64,000 nt of DNA from Macrostomum lignano (taxonomy: Eukaryota), in assembly GCA_002269645.1 (NCBI GenBank), contig NIVC01003797.1, forward strand, positions 1 to 64,000, given 5' to 3'. Positions 14,971 to 26,600 of this stretch are shown here, piece after piece; position 1 is the first letter of the stretch, and each line of letters opens with the position of its first letter. The notes beneath the pieces are model-generated. The model did not search any database and was not told the DNA's origin. It saw only the letters and a list, made by a program, of their open reading frames with translations. A program made the position numbers and the translations under genes.

Positions 14971-16739
14971 GGGTCCCTGTCTAGATGTATGGGTGTCTTT
15001 CCATCTTTCTCCATTAGTTCTGCAGCACTCACACCTGTGCATTCAGGCGAAGGCGAATAGCTACCAGCACGCGCTGCACAAGCACATCTCATATTGCAGC
15101 CTATCTGGGCCAGTCAGCCAGCGGTTGATAAAATGCAAATTCAATACAAATGTTAGTTTTGCCTAATCTAGGTGCAACTGTGGGGCCGGCAGTCGGTCCT
15201 CAAATGGGTACCACTCCAGTATTTATCTATTTCAACATCCTTGTGCAGCTCTAAGGCTTCAATTTAGAAAAAGTGAGAAGCACTGGATAGGTGCAGTTGC
15301 CTCGGTTTCTGGCTTAGCTATCTAAATGCTGCTCGCACTTCCGGGTTGCAGTGAAGAGCGGAGTTAAGAAGCGAAAAAACCTTCAGACGTGGCAGGTGCA
15401 AGACTGTTGGCACTTGCCCTAATTGCGCCCAAATACGAGAAAGGTGCAAGCGATTTTGGTAAATTTTTCGTGACACAAAAGCTTTAAGGCGAGGGGAACA
15501 GAGACTGGCTATAGGGGGGATCATTGGCAGGTGGGATTAGAGAATAGACAAGGGAAAGTCAGTGGGAGATTATGCAGAACACCAACGACTCTTGCGCTAG
15601 GCTTAGAGAACGCAAACGCGTGACGGGTGGTGTTGGAGACCCTCGGATTTCTTCTGATCTCTCGACGCCACATCATGCAGGTCTCCTGACTCAAGCTGTC
15701 AAGAGAATGAAACTCAACCCTGTCCAGGGGCCTCGGAACCCAACATGACATGCCGCCTGTCGGCTTATAGAGCTCGGAACTCCATGACTGGCGGACTTTA
15801 GACTCCAGTAGGGCCAGCGGAGGGTCAATTGAGGTCGAGGTGCATTTTGCTGTTTTGTAACGACTTTCTAATCGTCAGGCATGTACAGTCTCTGTACCTT
15901 GGGGGTCGGGACTCATGGCTGCGAATCGCACGACAAGCCCTAAAAGTTCAGCTTTCCCGAAAAGTTCGTCCTTGAAAGGACCCTCAAATCGGAGCAAAGG
16001 CAGAAATCCCCGGATCTTCAAGCTGCGCCCTCCCTCCCTTGCTTGTCACGTGCTCAATGGGGGCAGGAGCTAACGCTGAGAACAAAGACCCCAATTAATG
16101 CTCTCCTTGAGCAAGCGTCCATAGTCCGCAGACATCATCTGCTGCTGGCTCTAGTTAATCCACCTGATAAAGCATACCCTATTAAACTGCTTATATCTGG
16201 GTTACAATAAAGGGCATCACTAAACCAGCTGACTCTCTTCAACGAGCTGTCATTTCGCTACACCGCTGGGCTTGACAAGAAGCATTCCCGCAGTGGAGTG
16301 TAAACAGCCAGAACACTTGCGCAGCAGTCTGTGCACTATATAGGAAAGGATCTGGCGAGTCGATGACGGATGAGAAGCAGGACAGCTAAGCCGGCTGCTG
16401 CGTCTGGTGGCAGTGTCGAGGAGAACCCCAACGCTACACCCTGTCAATGCGCTTTGCTTCTGTGCTCTGTGTCGCGGAATCGAGGCCAGTCAATGGAGGT
16501 CTGATAAATAAAGCACAGCCTGCAAGGGGAAACTGGGGCTTTACAGAACAGCTGATGGCTGTTTGAGGATGTCTTGTTGAAGGGGAAACCGGGTTGAGGA
16601 ACTAAGCGAAGAATAGTGAGAGGAGGGGAAGAGAGCGGAAATGCGAGTTGCTCGTACGACACGGAAATATGCGATGATTTCGCTAGTGCAGACAGACGAA
16701 GGAGTGACTGGGGAAGCTTGAAGAGAGAAAGAGGAACAT

Positions 16740-17345
16740 ATGAAGGACGGGCGGATGAAGGAGGGGCGGATAAGCGGCGGATGAAGGGGCAGGTGAAGGA
16801 CGGGGGATGAAGGGCCGGGGATGAAGGGTGGGGCGGATGAAGGAGCAGATGAAGGATGGGGCGGATGAAGGAGCAGATGAAGGATGGGTCGGATGAAGGA
16901 GCAGATGAAGGACGGGGCGGATGAAGGAGCAGATGAAGGACGGGGCGGATGAAGGAGCAGATGAAGGATGGGTCGGATGAAGGAGCAGATGAAGGACGGG
17001 GCGGATGAAGGAGCAGATGAAGGACGGGGCGGATGAAGGAGCAGATGAAGGACGGGCGGGTGAAGGACGGGGGATGAAGGACGGGGGGGTGAAGGACGGG
17101 GCGGATGAAGGAGCAGATGAAGGATGGGGCGGATGAAGGAGCAGATGAAGGATGGGGCGGATGAAGGAGCAGATGAAGGACGGGGCGGGTGAAGGACGGG
17201 GCGGATGAAGGAAGGGGCGGATGAGGGAGCGGATGAAGGACGCGGCGGATGAAGGAAGGGGCGGATGAAGGAAGGGCGCATAAGCAGCGGATGAAGGGGC
17301 AGATGAAGATGGCGGATACAGAAAAGGACGGATGCAGGACCGGAT
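16740..17345. repeat. Purine-rich minisatellite (GGATGAAGGAGCAGATGAAGGACGGGGC, 13/15-bp subunits)
   Basis: Direct tandem periodicity with strong purine/pyrimidine strand asymmetry. Confidence 0.93.
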
Positions 17346-18324
17346 GAGGAAGTGTTTACTCGGGCGGATGAAGAAGGGGGCAGTGCTTAGGCGACGGAGG
17401 GAAGATTCTAGCAAATAATTTTGAGTACCAGTCCGAGCAAAATACGGCAGCTGCGCACCGGAGACAGTCGACGAAGCAGCTGGAAAATCTGGATTTGAGC
17501 AGAAAATAAAGATGTGAAATCTTTCTCATCAAAGAGGAACCCTATAAGGAGAAAAAGTCTCTTTGAGCTCAAAGGCGGGAATCACGGAGGGATAAACTTT
17601 CTCGAATAGCAGAATCGCAGCCTGCAATTAAGTGATAATTACTCCATAGCCGAGTAGAAAATTGCGCCCGCCAATTTCTGAGCAAGCCTTCTGATCGGCA
17701 ATCATTTCTGCCGGGCGCGCTATCCGAGACAATAACACGCAGAGCCGCCGCCCGGAAAGGAAAACGGCCCCGGCAAAAAAGGATAACGAGCGTCGGGTTT
17801 CAAAGCGGCACCAGCGGCGGCAGGCGTCAACAAGTTGTTCGCTGTCGGTCCTTGCGCAGCGCGTCTGCCCGGAATCACGTGCCCTTGGCCCCCCCCCCCC
17901 AGCCCGGCCTCCTCGGATCTGCAGTCAGTGCCGCGCGGGATCTGGGTAAATAAACAATTTGTTTAACTGCAGTCAGTTTAGCGGCTGTTGCAGACTCTTG
18001 TGCTGTGCGGCAGCTGCTGGGTGACTCATGCAGGCCTAAGTGGGTTCTTTAGGCTGAATTTTCCAGGGGGGTCGAATGAGATGCTTAATGAAGAGGCCGA
18101 GCTGGATGAATGAGGAACGGCTGATGCCTGCTGGAGACAGATGCAAGACGAAATGAGATTCGAGAGATGGAGATAAAAAGGGGACTTAAGACGGAGATAG
18201 GAGATCAGAGAGGGATATATAAAGATAAAAGATGAGAAAAGAAGAGGTATATCATAAATAAAAGGATACAGATCTAAATGTAAGAGAGATGGGCTAGGCG
18301 ATAGGAAAAGGGGACAGGGGAAGG

Positions 18325-18915
18325 GGACAGGCCCACCAAGAGACAGGGGCGGCCACCAAGAGACAGGGGCGGCTAACAAGAGACAGGGGCTCCCACCAAG
18401 AGACAAAGGCTCCCACCAAGAGACAGGGGCGGCTAACAAGAGACAGGGGCTCCCACCAAGAGACAAAGGCTCCCACCAAGAGACAGGGGCGGCTAACAAG
18501 AGACAGGGGCTCCCACCAAGAGACAAAGGCTCCCACCAAGAGACAGGGGCTCCCACCAAGAGACAGGGGCGGCTAACAAGAGACAGGGGCTCCCACCAAG
18601 AGACAGGGGCGGCCACCAAGAGACAGGGGCGGCCACCAAGAGACAGGGGCGGCCACCAAGAGACAGGGGCTCCAACCAAGAGACAGGGGCGGCCACCAAG
18701 AGACAGGGGCTCCCACCAAGAGACAGGGGCGGCTAACAAGAGACAGGGGCGGCCACCAAGAGACAGGGGCTCCCACCAAGAGACAGGGGCGGCCACCAAG
18801 AGACAGGGGCGGCTAACAAGAGACAGGGGTGCCCAACCAAGAGACAGGGGCGGCCATCAAAAGACAGGGGCGGCCATCAAGAGACAGGGGCGCCAACCTA
18901 GAAGACAGGGACGGG
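18325..18915. repeat. Minisatellite, 20 bp unit (CAAGAGACAGGGGCGGCCAC)
   Basis: Direct tandem periodicity. Followed about 70 nt later by a solo hAT-like end, CTGCACACGCCACTG. Confidence 0.95.
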
Positions 18916-19613
18916 GGGCGCCAACTAAGATACCAAATATTGTAGCCCTTGGGGGTTGCGGCCCCCTCCTATTAAAATTCCTGCACACGCCACTGCGGGT
19001 CAGTGGGTATTAGCGTGAACTGGACTGGGGTTATTTCGAGACACGCAAATCACATGAATTCATCTTCTATTATAGAAATGACTGACAGCAAGTGGACATG
19101 ATGATCATCAACAGCTTGAGAGTATATTGTTTATCAACTATTAAATTTGGTGGTAAATCTATACATAGGCGAAAATATTTACATAGAAACTAAACACAGC
19201 CTCAGGAAATCGGTTCCTCATATTAAAAAATATTAAATTTGATTACAGGAACTGCACTGAAGACCCAATTTCAGTGCTGTCCCCTGGTGCATCCGTTTGG
19301 TCAACACATCCGCATAGAAATTCAGTAGGACGTCAGGGATCTGCTAGCCGCATTAGCAGCTGAAATTAAGATTCTTGCTTTGCTGCTCGAACTTGGCACT
19401 TCACAGTCCATTTTAATGGCGCCTTTAACTTCATTCTTGGCGCCTTTAGCTTCATTCCTGGCGCGTCAGTTCCATTCTCAGGGCGCCTTTAGCTCCATTC
19501 CTGGCGCCTTTAGCTTCATTCCTGGCGCCTTTAGCTTCATTCCTGGCGCCTTTAGCTTCATTCTCGGCGCCTTTAGCTTCATTCTCGGCACCTTTGAACT
19601 CCATTCTCGGCAC

Positions 19614-21739
19614 CAGTGGCCGTAGCAAGCCCCCCCCCCTGAAATTTCGCGCCAATGCAAAAAATCGAGCTATCAGTATACGCGTTAATATAGCCCCAAA
19701 AACACCGGAGTAGGGGGCGACCCAGTCCCGGGCCCGGGCCCGAAAAGTCGGGAATCCCGACCGAAATCGTGGCCCGACCCGGGCCCGGGCCCGACCCTAA
19801 AAAAGTCGGGAAATCGGGACAAGTCTTTTTTCCCTAAAGGCACTAACTGCGTGCAAATAAGAATAAAATTATTTTTCAACATATTCACACTAATTTACGT
19901 TTAATTCCAGCCCTAGGAAAATGCAACTGCAACTGCAACTGTCTGTGACCGTGAGTGTCAGCCACAGCAGTTTCCACTTTCCAGGAAGATCGGATTTTTT
20001 TCCAGGAAGATAAAATTAAAACAGTTTTGCAATACTTTTTTGCAATATTGATTCCACTTTACACGCTGCAGGCTGCAGCCTAAAAGCAAAAATATGATTC
20101 TTTAAAAAGTTGATTAGTCATTTTTAAGCTTTTGTAAATAACATTTCCTATTTACATTCCAAGAAGTACCAAGGCAACCAACCAACCAAGAAGGGCCAAG
20201 GCAACCATTTTTCCAAGAAGTTTGCTATCTATCAGTATCAGAGTTTGTAATCGTGTTCATATTTGTATCGTATTCGTAGGTAGTCGTAGTCGTAGACTCA
20301 TAGTATCGTATTCGTAATCATATTCGTTTAGGTGGGTAGGTGAGCAGGTAGGCAGGTATCAGCTAATTACTTGTATTTCCATTGTCTGTTTGCCTGTTCT
20401 GTTGAGACAGTTGAGTGTTGTGTTGTGTTGTCACTTCATTTGTATTCTGCTCTGTTGTCTTGTCTTGTTGTCTTATTGAATACTGACTGTGTACATGGCT
20501 CTTTACATTGAAGCTATGTAAAGGAACTAAAAATTCAAATAAAAGAATCAATCAATTGATTTGGTTCTTACTTCCTTACTGCTTCCAATGCCAAGTGCCT
20601 TACACTTAATGCTTCAGCTTTTCTTCTTTTTGATTACTGCCACTGCCAGTGCCAGCCGCACTGCCGCAGTGCCTGCTTGCCTACCTCACTGCCTGTTAGT
20701 GTCATTGTCACTGGCACACACACAGTACTTGTGCCACACAGGGACATTGAATTTGAACTATTGAGTATATTGATATTTGAGTATTAAGTCTTTTAATGTA
20801 ACTCTTATCTATTCTGAAGTCGTAACTAATGTATTAAATAATAATAATATTTATTATATTTATATATTATTATATATTTAATGTATTTATATATTATAAT
20901 ATATTTGATGTTTATCATATATTTATTATACATTTAATATATTATATTAAATTTAAAAATTCATATATTTATTATATATTTAATAGTAATCCGCATATGC
21001 TAAAAGTATTAAGATTTATTATGATTTTTTTCCAATTATTGAGCTGTCCTAAAGATCTTGTCCCGAATTCCCGAGGCCCGACCCGGGCCCGAGTCCTCAT
21101 TCCCGGGCCCGACTTTGGCCGTCCCGGTCGCCCCGTACACCGGAGTGATTCTTTAAAAAAATGTATTATACTTAACAAAAATATGGAAAATTCTTATCAT
21201 TCTTTGGCTAAATTCCACACCGTACCGTAGGCAATAAAGTCTGTTCCTTTATAATGATCACGCAATCATATATATTTTTATCAAAAAGATGTTGACAGTC
21301 ACAACACAGTTGCGATGTCTAGCAATGTCTGCAAGTCTACGTACTACTTTGTAAGTAGTGACCAAAAATATTCCTATCATTATCTAGTGTAACTTGTAAG
21401 TCTAGTTCACAGATACTAAAACACTAGATGGTCCACTCCCTACCTTATCTCTGCAGTGCAAACTAATGCTCCTTTATTTAGCCTACTCTTTTTTGGGCAC
21501 ATGGAGCGCGAATTGATATTGAATTTAGTGATGAGTCATCAGATTCGTTGTTGTTGGCCATGGACAGAAGCTCGGAACCAATAGAAACCCCTTTTCTGTG
21601 TAAAAAAAAGCAAAAAATACTTTTAAACGCTTGAAAAAGAAGTTTTTTTTCGCGCCTACTGCTGCTGCAATTTTTCGCGCCATAATCGAAATTTTCGCGT
21701 ATTCGCGCCATTGTCGCGCCACACTACAGCCACGTACTG
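19614..21739. mobile_element. Outer non-autonomous hAT-like element inserted in the 21-bp minisatellite
   Basis: Left end CAGTGGCCGTAG; right end CTACAGCCAC(GTA)CTG. 8-bp direct repeat CTCGGCAC at 19606-19613 and 21740-21747. Confidence 0.7.
19711..21137. mobile_element. Inner non-autonomous hAT element, 1427 bp
   Basis: 12-bp TIR TAGGGGGCGACC / GGTCGCCCCGTA (1 mismatch). Perfect 8-bp TSD CACCGGAG at 19703-19710 and 21138-21145. GC-rich subterminal CCCGGGCCC/CCCGAC repeats at both ends and an AT-rich interior. Confidence 0.9.
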
Positions 21740-22981
21740 CTCGGCACCTTTAACTCCATTATCGGCACCTTTAGCTCCATTCCCGGCACCTTTAACTCCA
21801 TTCCCGGCACCTTTAACTCCATTCTCGGCACCTTTAGCTCCATTCCCAGCACCTTTAACTCCATTCCCGGCACCTTTAACTCCATTCTCGGCACCTTTAG
21901 CTTCATTATCGGCACCTTTAACTCCATTATCGGCACCTTTAGCTCCATTCTCGGCACCTTTAGCTCCATTCCCGGCACCTTTAACTCCATTCCCGGCACC
22001 TTTAACTCCATTCTCGGCACCTTTAGCTTCATTATCGGCACCTTTAGCTCCATTCCCGGCACCTTTAGCTCCATTCCCGGCACCTTTAGCTCCATTCCCG
22101 GCACCTTTAACTCCATTCTCGGCACCTTTAGCTTCATTATCGGCACCTTTAGCTCCATTCCCGGCACCTTTAGCTCCATTCCCGGCACCTTTAGCTCCAT
22201 TCCCGGCACCTTTAGCTCCATTCCCGGCACCTTTAACTCCATTCTCGGCACCTTTAGCTTCATTATCGGCACCTTTAGCTCCATTCCCGGCACCTTTAGC
22301 TCCATTCCCGGCACCTTTAGCTCCATTCCCGGCACCTTTAGCTCCATTCCCGGCACCTTTAACTCCATTCTCGGCACCTTTAGCTTCATTATCGGCACCT
22401 TTAGCTCCATTCCCGGCACCTTTAGCTCCATTCCCGGCACCTTTAGCTCCATTCCCGGCACCTTTAGCTCCATTCCCGGCACCTTTATCTCCATTCTCGG
22501 CGCCTTCATCTTCATCCTTGGCGCCTTCATCTTCATCCTTGGCGCCTTTGAGCTCCATTCTCGGCGCCTTTGAGCTACATTCTAGGCGCCTTTGAGCTCC
22601 GTATCCGGCTGTGCATGGAAATCAAATCAAAAGACGGAAGTAGAATTTCAAGACAACCCATCAGTTTTCGCACTGCGCCAACAGCGAGACGCCAGCAGCC
22701 AAACAGATACAAAAAATCTGCTTTAGTTTAAAACTTTGGTTAAATTTTGTGAACACGAAAGAATTGCTTTGAGAAAATCAATGAAAACGGTTTCAATAAT
22801 TGGTGGAATTGGTGCGGTAGTATAAAAGCATGAGCCACACTGGCAGAAACAGTTTAATAGGGATTATACCCAGTCATCTGGTTGCCAAGCAGACTTGAAT
22901 CAATTGAGCCATAGGCAGTTGCTTTATTAGTTCTTCACGGCATCATTTAGGGCTGAAAGTTTGTTTAGGATCTTAACAAAG

Positions 22982-23599
22982 CTGAAGCATTAATCCTTCA
23001 GGACAATGATTAGGCCTGAAGCATCAATCCTTCAGGACAATGATTAGGCCTGAAGCATCAAACATTCAGGACAATTATTAGGCCTGAAGCACCCATCCTT
23101 CAGGACAATGATTAGGCCTGAAGCATCAATCCTTCAGGACAATGATTAGGCCCGAAGCATCAATCCTTCAGGACAATGATTAGGTCTGAAGCAAAAATCC
23201 TTCAGGACAATGATTAGGCCTGAAGCATCAATCCTTCAGGACAATGATTAGGCCTGAAGCATCAAACATTTAGGACAATTATTAGGCCTGAAGCACCCAT
23301 CCTTCAGGACAATGATTAGGCATGAAGCACCCATCCTTCAGGACAATGATTAGGCCTGAAGCACCCATCCTTCAGGACAATGATTAGGCCTGAAGCATCA
23401 ATCCTTCAGGACAATGATTAGGCCTGAAGCACCCATCCTTCAGGACAATGATTAAGCCTGAAGCATCAATCCTTCAGGACAATGATTAGGCCTGAAGCAT
23501 CAATCCTTCAGGACAATGATTAGGCCTGAAGCACCCATCCTTCAGGACAATGATTAGGTCTGAAGCAAAAATCCTTCAGGACAATGATAAGGCCTGAAG
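22982..23599. repeat. 34 bp minisatellite, about 18 units, each containing CCTGAAG-N8-CTTCAGG dyad symmetry
   Basis: Unit AGGCCTGAAGCATCAATCCTTCAGGACAATGATT. Begins about 90 nt past the FOXRED1 stop codon. Confidence 0.95.
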
Positions 23600-23691
23600 G
23601 ACTAAAAGAACAACTTAGGCCAGCACACAAGCCTCTGCAAATTCAACAATAAAAACGCCGATCCATCCCAGACCTTGGGACGCCTCCAGCC

Positions 23692-26600
23692 TCAAATAAT
23701 GCCAGTCTCCCTAATCCTGGTGGCCGTCTGCAGCCGCTCGAAGCTCATCCGGCTGAGATCAATAGTCTTGTACTGCCTGAACAGCACCAGCTCGCTGACC
23801 GCCCGCCCGATGGCGACCGCGTGCTGAATGCCGTGGCCAGAGGAACCATTGCAGAAGATCAGATTTTCGTGAAAGGGGTGCCGGCCGATCACCAGGTTCT
23901 GGTCGAAGGTGTTGTAGTCGTAGAAGCCTGCCCACGCGTTGCGCACCTTCACCACCTCCATGCAGGGCACGCGGTGGGCCAGCCGGGGCCAGACCTGCTT
24001 GTCGAACCAGTCGTAGTCGGGCTCGAGGTCCACGCCGTTGCACTCGGGCTCGTCCTGCGGCCGGGTGGGGTGAGATTAGATGCGGAATAGATGCATCTGC
24101 AGGTTGCAAGTGAGATTAGATGCAGAATAGATGTATCTGCAGGTTGCAAGTGAGATTAGATGCAGAATAGATGTAGCTGCTGGTAGCAGGTGAGATTAGA
24201 TGCAGAATAGATGTAGCTGCTGGTTGCAGGTGAGATTAGATGCAGAATAGATGTAGCTGCAGGTGAGATTAGATTGAGAAGAGATGTAGCTGCAGGTTGC
24301 AGGTGAGACTAGATGCAGAATGCTCTGTTTATTGAAGAGCCTTCGCAAAGTATTGCAGAATGCCTTCTTTGAGGATAGCTAAACAAATTGAAATTGTTAT
24401 AATTGAGGAGCCAATTTCAATTTACTGCAAAAATTATTATAAAAAATTGGCCAATCGACAATTTAGCAAATTGCAGAATCAATCAATTTCTTATAAATGA
24501 TTAAATTGCCAATTCGGCAAATCTATAATTTATAATCCTATAATTGGCCAGGCGGCTCAATCAGAAACAAGGATGATTATTGAACTAAATAGAACAGACA
24601 AGACAACTCGCTTATTCTTAGTAATTGCTACTAATGATCTAGCCAGCATGTTGGCTTAGCCTTAGATAACTGAGGGTTTGCCTTTAAACTGCCGCATAGT
24701 CGGCAGAGCAGGCCTTGACCGAATACTTCTGAGTTCTAACAGAGCCTTTCCTGCCGAAAATAGCCAAATTAACGCTGACAACAGTCCTTGAAGATTTTGG
24801 TCTGTTAGCTGACTTTTATAAGTGAAACTGCATAGCTGATGGCCACATGGTTATGTACACACTGTTGACAAAGTATCTAAAATTTGCTACAGGTGATTAG
24901 TCTAGCTCGTATGCTGTGTACAGTGCAGTGTACAGCCAAGTCTTCCTATGGAAAAATGCTCATTCTCGGTAGAAAAGGCTTTGCATAGCAGAGTGTGAAA
25001 GTGGCAGCAATAGTCTATGGCCAGCCCTGCTGACCAAGCCGGCAGGAACGGCTTTGCATAGCAGAGTGTGAAAGTGGCAGCAATAGTCTATGGCCAGCCC
25101 TGTTGACCAAGCCGACAGGAACGGCTTTGCATAGCAGAGTGTGAAAGTGGCAGCAATAGTCTATGGCCAGCCCTGCTGACCAAGCCGGCGAAAAACTAAT
25201 TTTATTATTTCAGACATTAAAGAAACAAAGATGGCAAAAAACTCTGCACACTACTGAGAATGCTCTTGTTAGTAGGATAAAAAGAGAAAAAGCACCGAGA
25301 TGAAATTTCTATGCAGAAATCAGGCAGTTTGAAAGTACCGGAACCGCCGATTCTGATAGCTGATCGACAGGTAGAGGCGGTGGCGGATTAACGTAGGTGA
25401 CAAAATCGCCCTGGAAACCGTCGCGTCTCAAGTGCAGACCACTGGCAACGTCCTGAATAAACGGAGCGTCGATGCCGGGGGTGGCGGCGGCAGCCTTCTT
25501 GGCGGCGTGCGGCGGCAGGCTGACAACAAAGACTGACTGCCGCCTAAAAGCAGTAGTATGGAGCGCGAGTTTTGCGGGGGATTTTACTAAGCAAATCTAC
25601 TAGAAATCTTGAAGGCGAGATTAAGGTTTCGGCAGATCACCCTGCCAGTCCAGATGGCTAATTTTAGAACTCCTTGCGCCAGTCAGGGACCCCTGAAATC
25701 TGAGACTGGATTGGAAACCAGCGAGCCTAAGAAAACGCCGCAAATTCACGTTAATTCTAGAAATTCTAGAAATAAATAATCAATTTTGATTACTTTAAAA
25801 AACCTTCCAATCCAAAGGATTTAGCAGTCCATGCGCATACCTACAATACCCCAGCCTATATTTGTAACTAAAGCAAAGTTTATAAGGCTTGCCTGCCGTT
25901 CGACGAAGCTTTCTAATGGGGAACGGCTGGTTTGCGGGATGGCAAAACTGGGAGACTGGAAAGAAAATAACGGGACGAGGGGCAGACATAGGGAATCGGT
26001 TAAAGGGGCTTTAGTAGAGCGGGGGGTATTTTGGCGGGAACACGAGAGACAGAGGGAAAGCGCGGGGAATGAGCGAGGAGTCGCGTGGCCTACCGGCCTC
26101 TCTAGGGGGGGGGGGCAGCAGTAAACTCTGGCGGCGCGAAAGATGAATATTTTCGGGGCCGCATGCTTGGAAGGCAGACGAGCCCTGACTGCAGGGAAGC
26201 CAAAAATAGGCCTAGAGACGGGATCCGGGATTCTGGTGGACCTGCGCTTAGCCTATAAGCAATACAGCATGGCATACAAAAGTGCGCAGTGCTCGCGTAT
26301 TAACTCCAGTCTGAACTGGGACAAAAAGCAGTTCTGAGCGCTCTTCAATTATAAGCTAAGAACTCAACAGAATAGATAAGCTACTTAGCTTAAGGACTGA
26401 TAGCTTGTACAAGTATTTTACAGGTTCGAAGCTGGAATTTGATAAGGCCAACCTTAGCTGGTCAGAGGACAAACATATTTGAATGTCACTCTTAATTCTG
26501 GCTCTTTTTTACCGATTGGATTGTTCTCATATGACATCTCATACCTGATTGAACAATCCTCATCTGAGATCTCATATCTAATTGAACAATTCTCATCTGA

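Larger units (their letters stand above)
19420..22600. repeat. 21 bp minisatellite (GGCACCTTTAGCTCCATTCCC) split into two blocks (19420-19613 and 21740-22600) by an insertion
   Basis: The same unit family occurs on both sides of the 19614-21739 element. Confidence 0.93.

Noticed and set aside
21656-22595. 300-aa GAGNGAK, 294-aa PAPLAPF and 270-aa MELKVPG ORFs
   Set aside because: They are translations of a 21-bp (multiple of 3) minisatellite open in several frames, and the array is interrupted by transposons.
22982-23599. CRISPR-like appearance of the palindromic 34-bp array
   Set aside because: No unique spacers (units are contiguous, loops are variants of one another), no cas genes, eukaryotic context.
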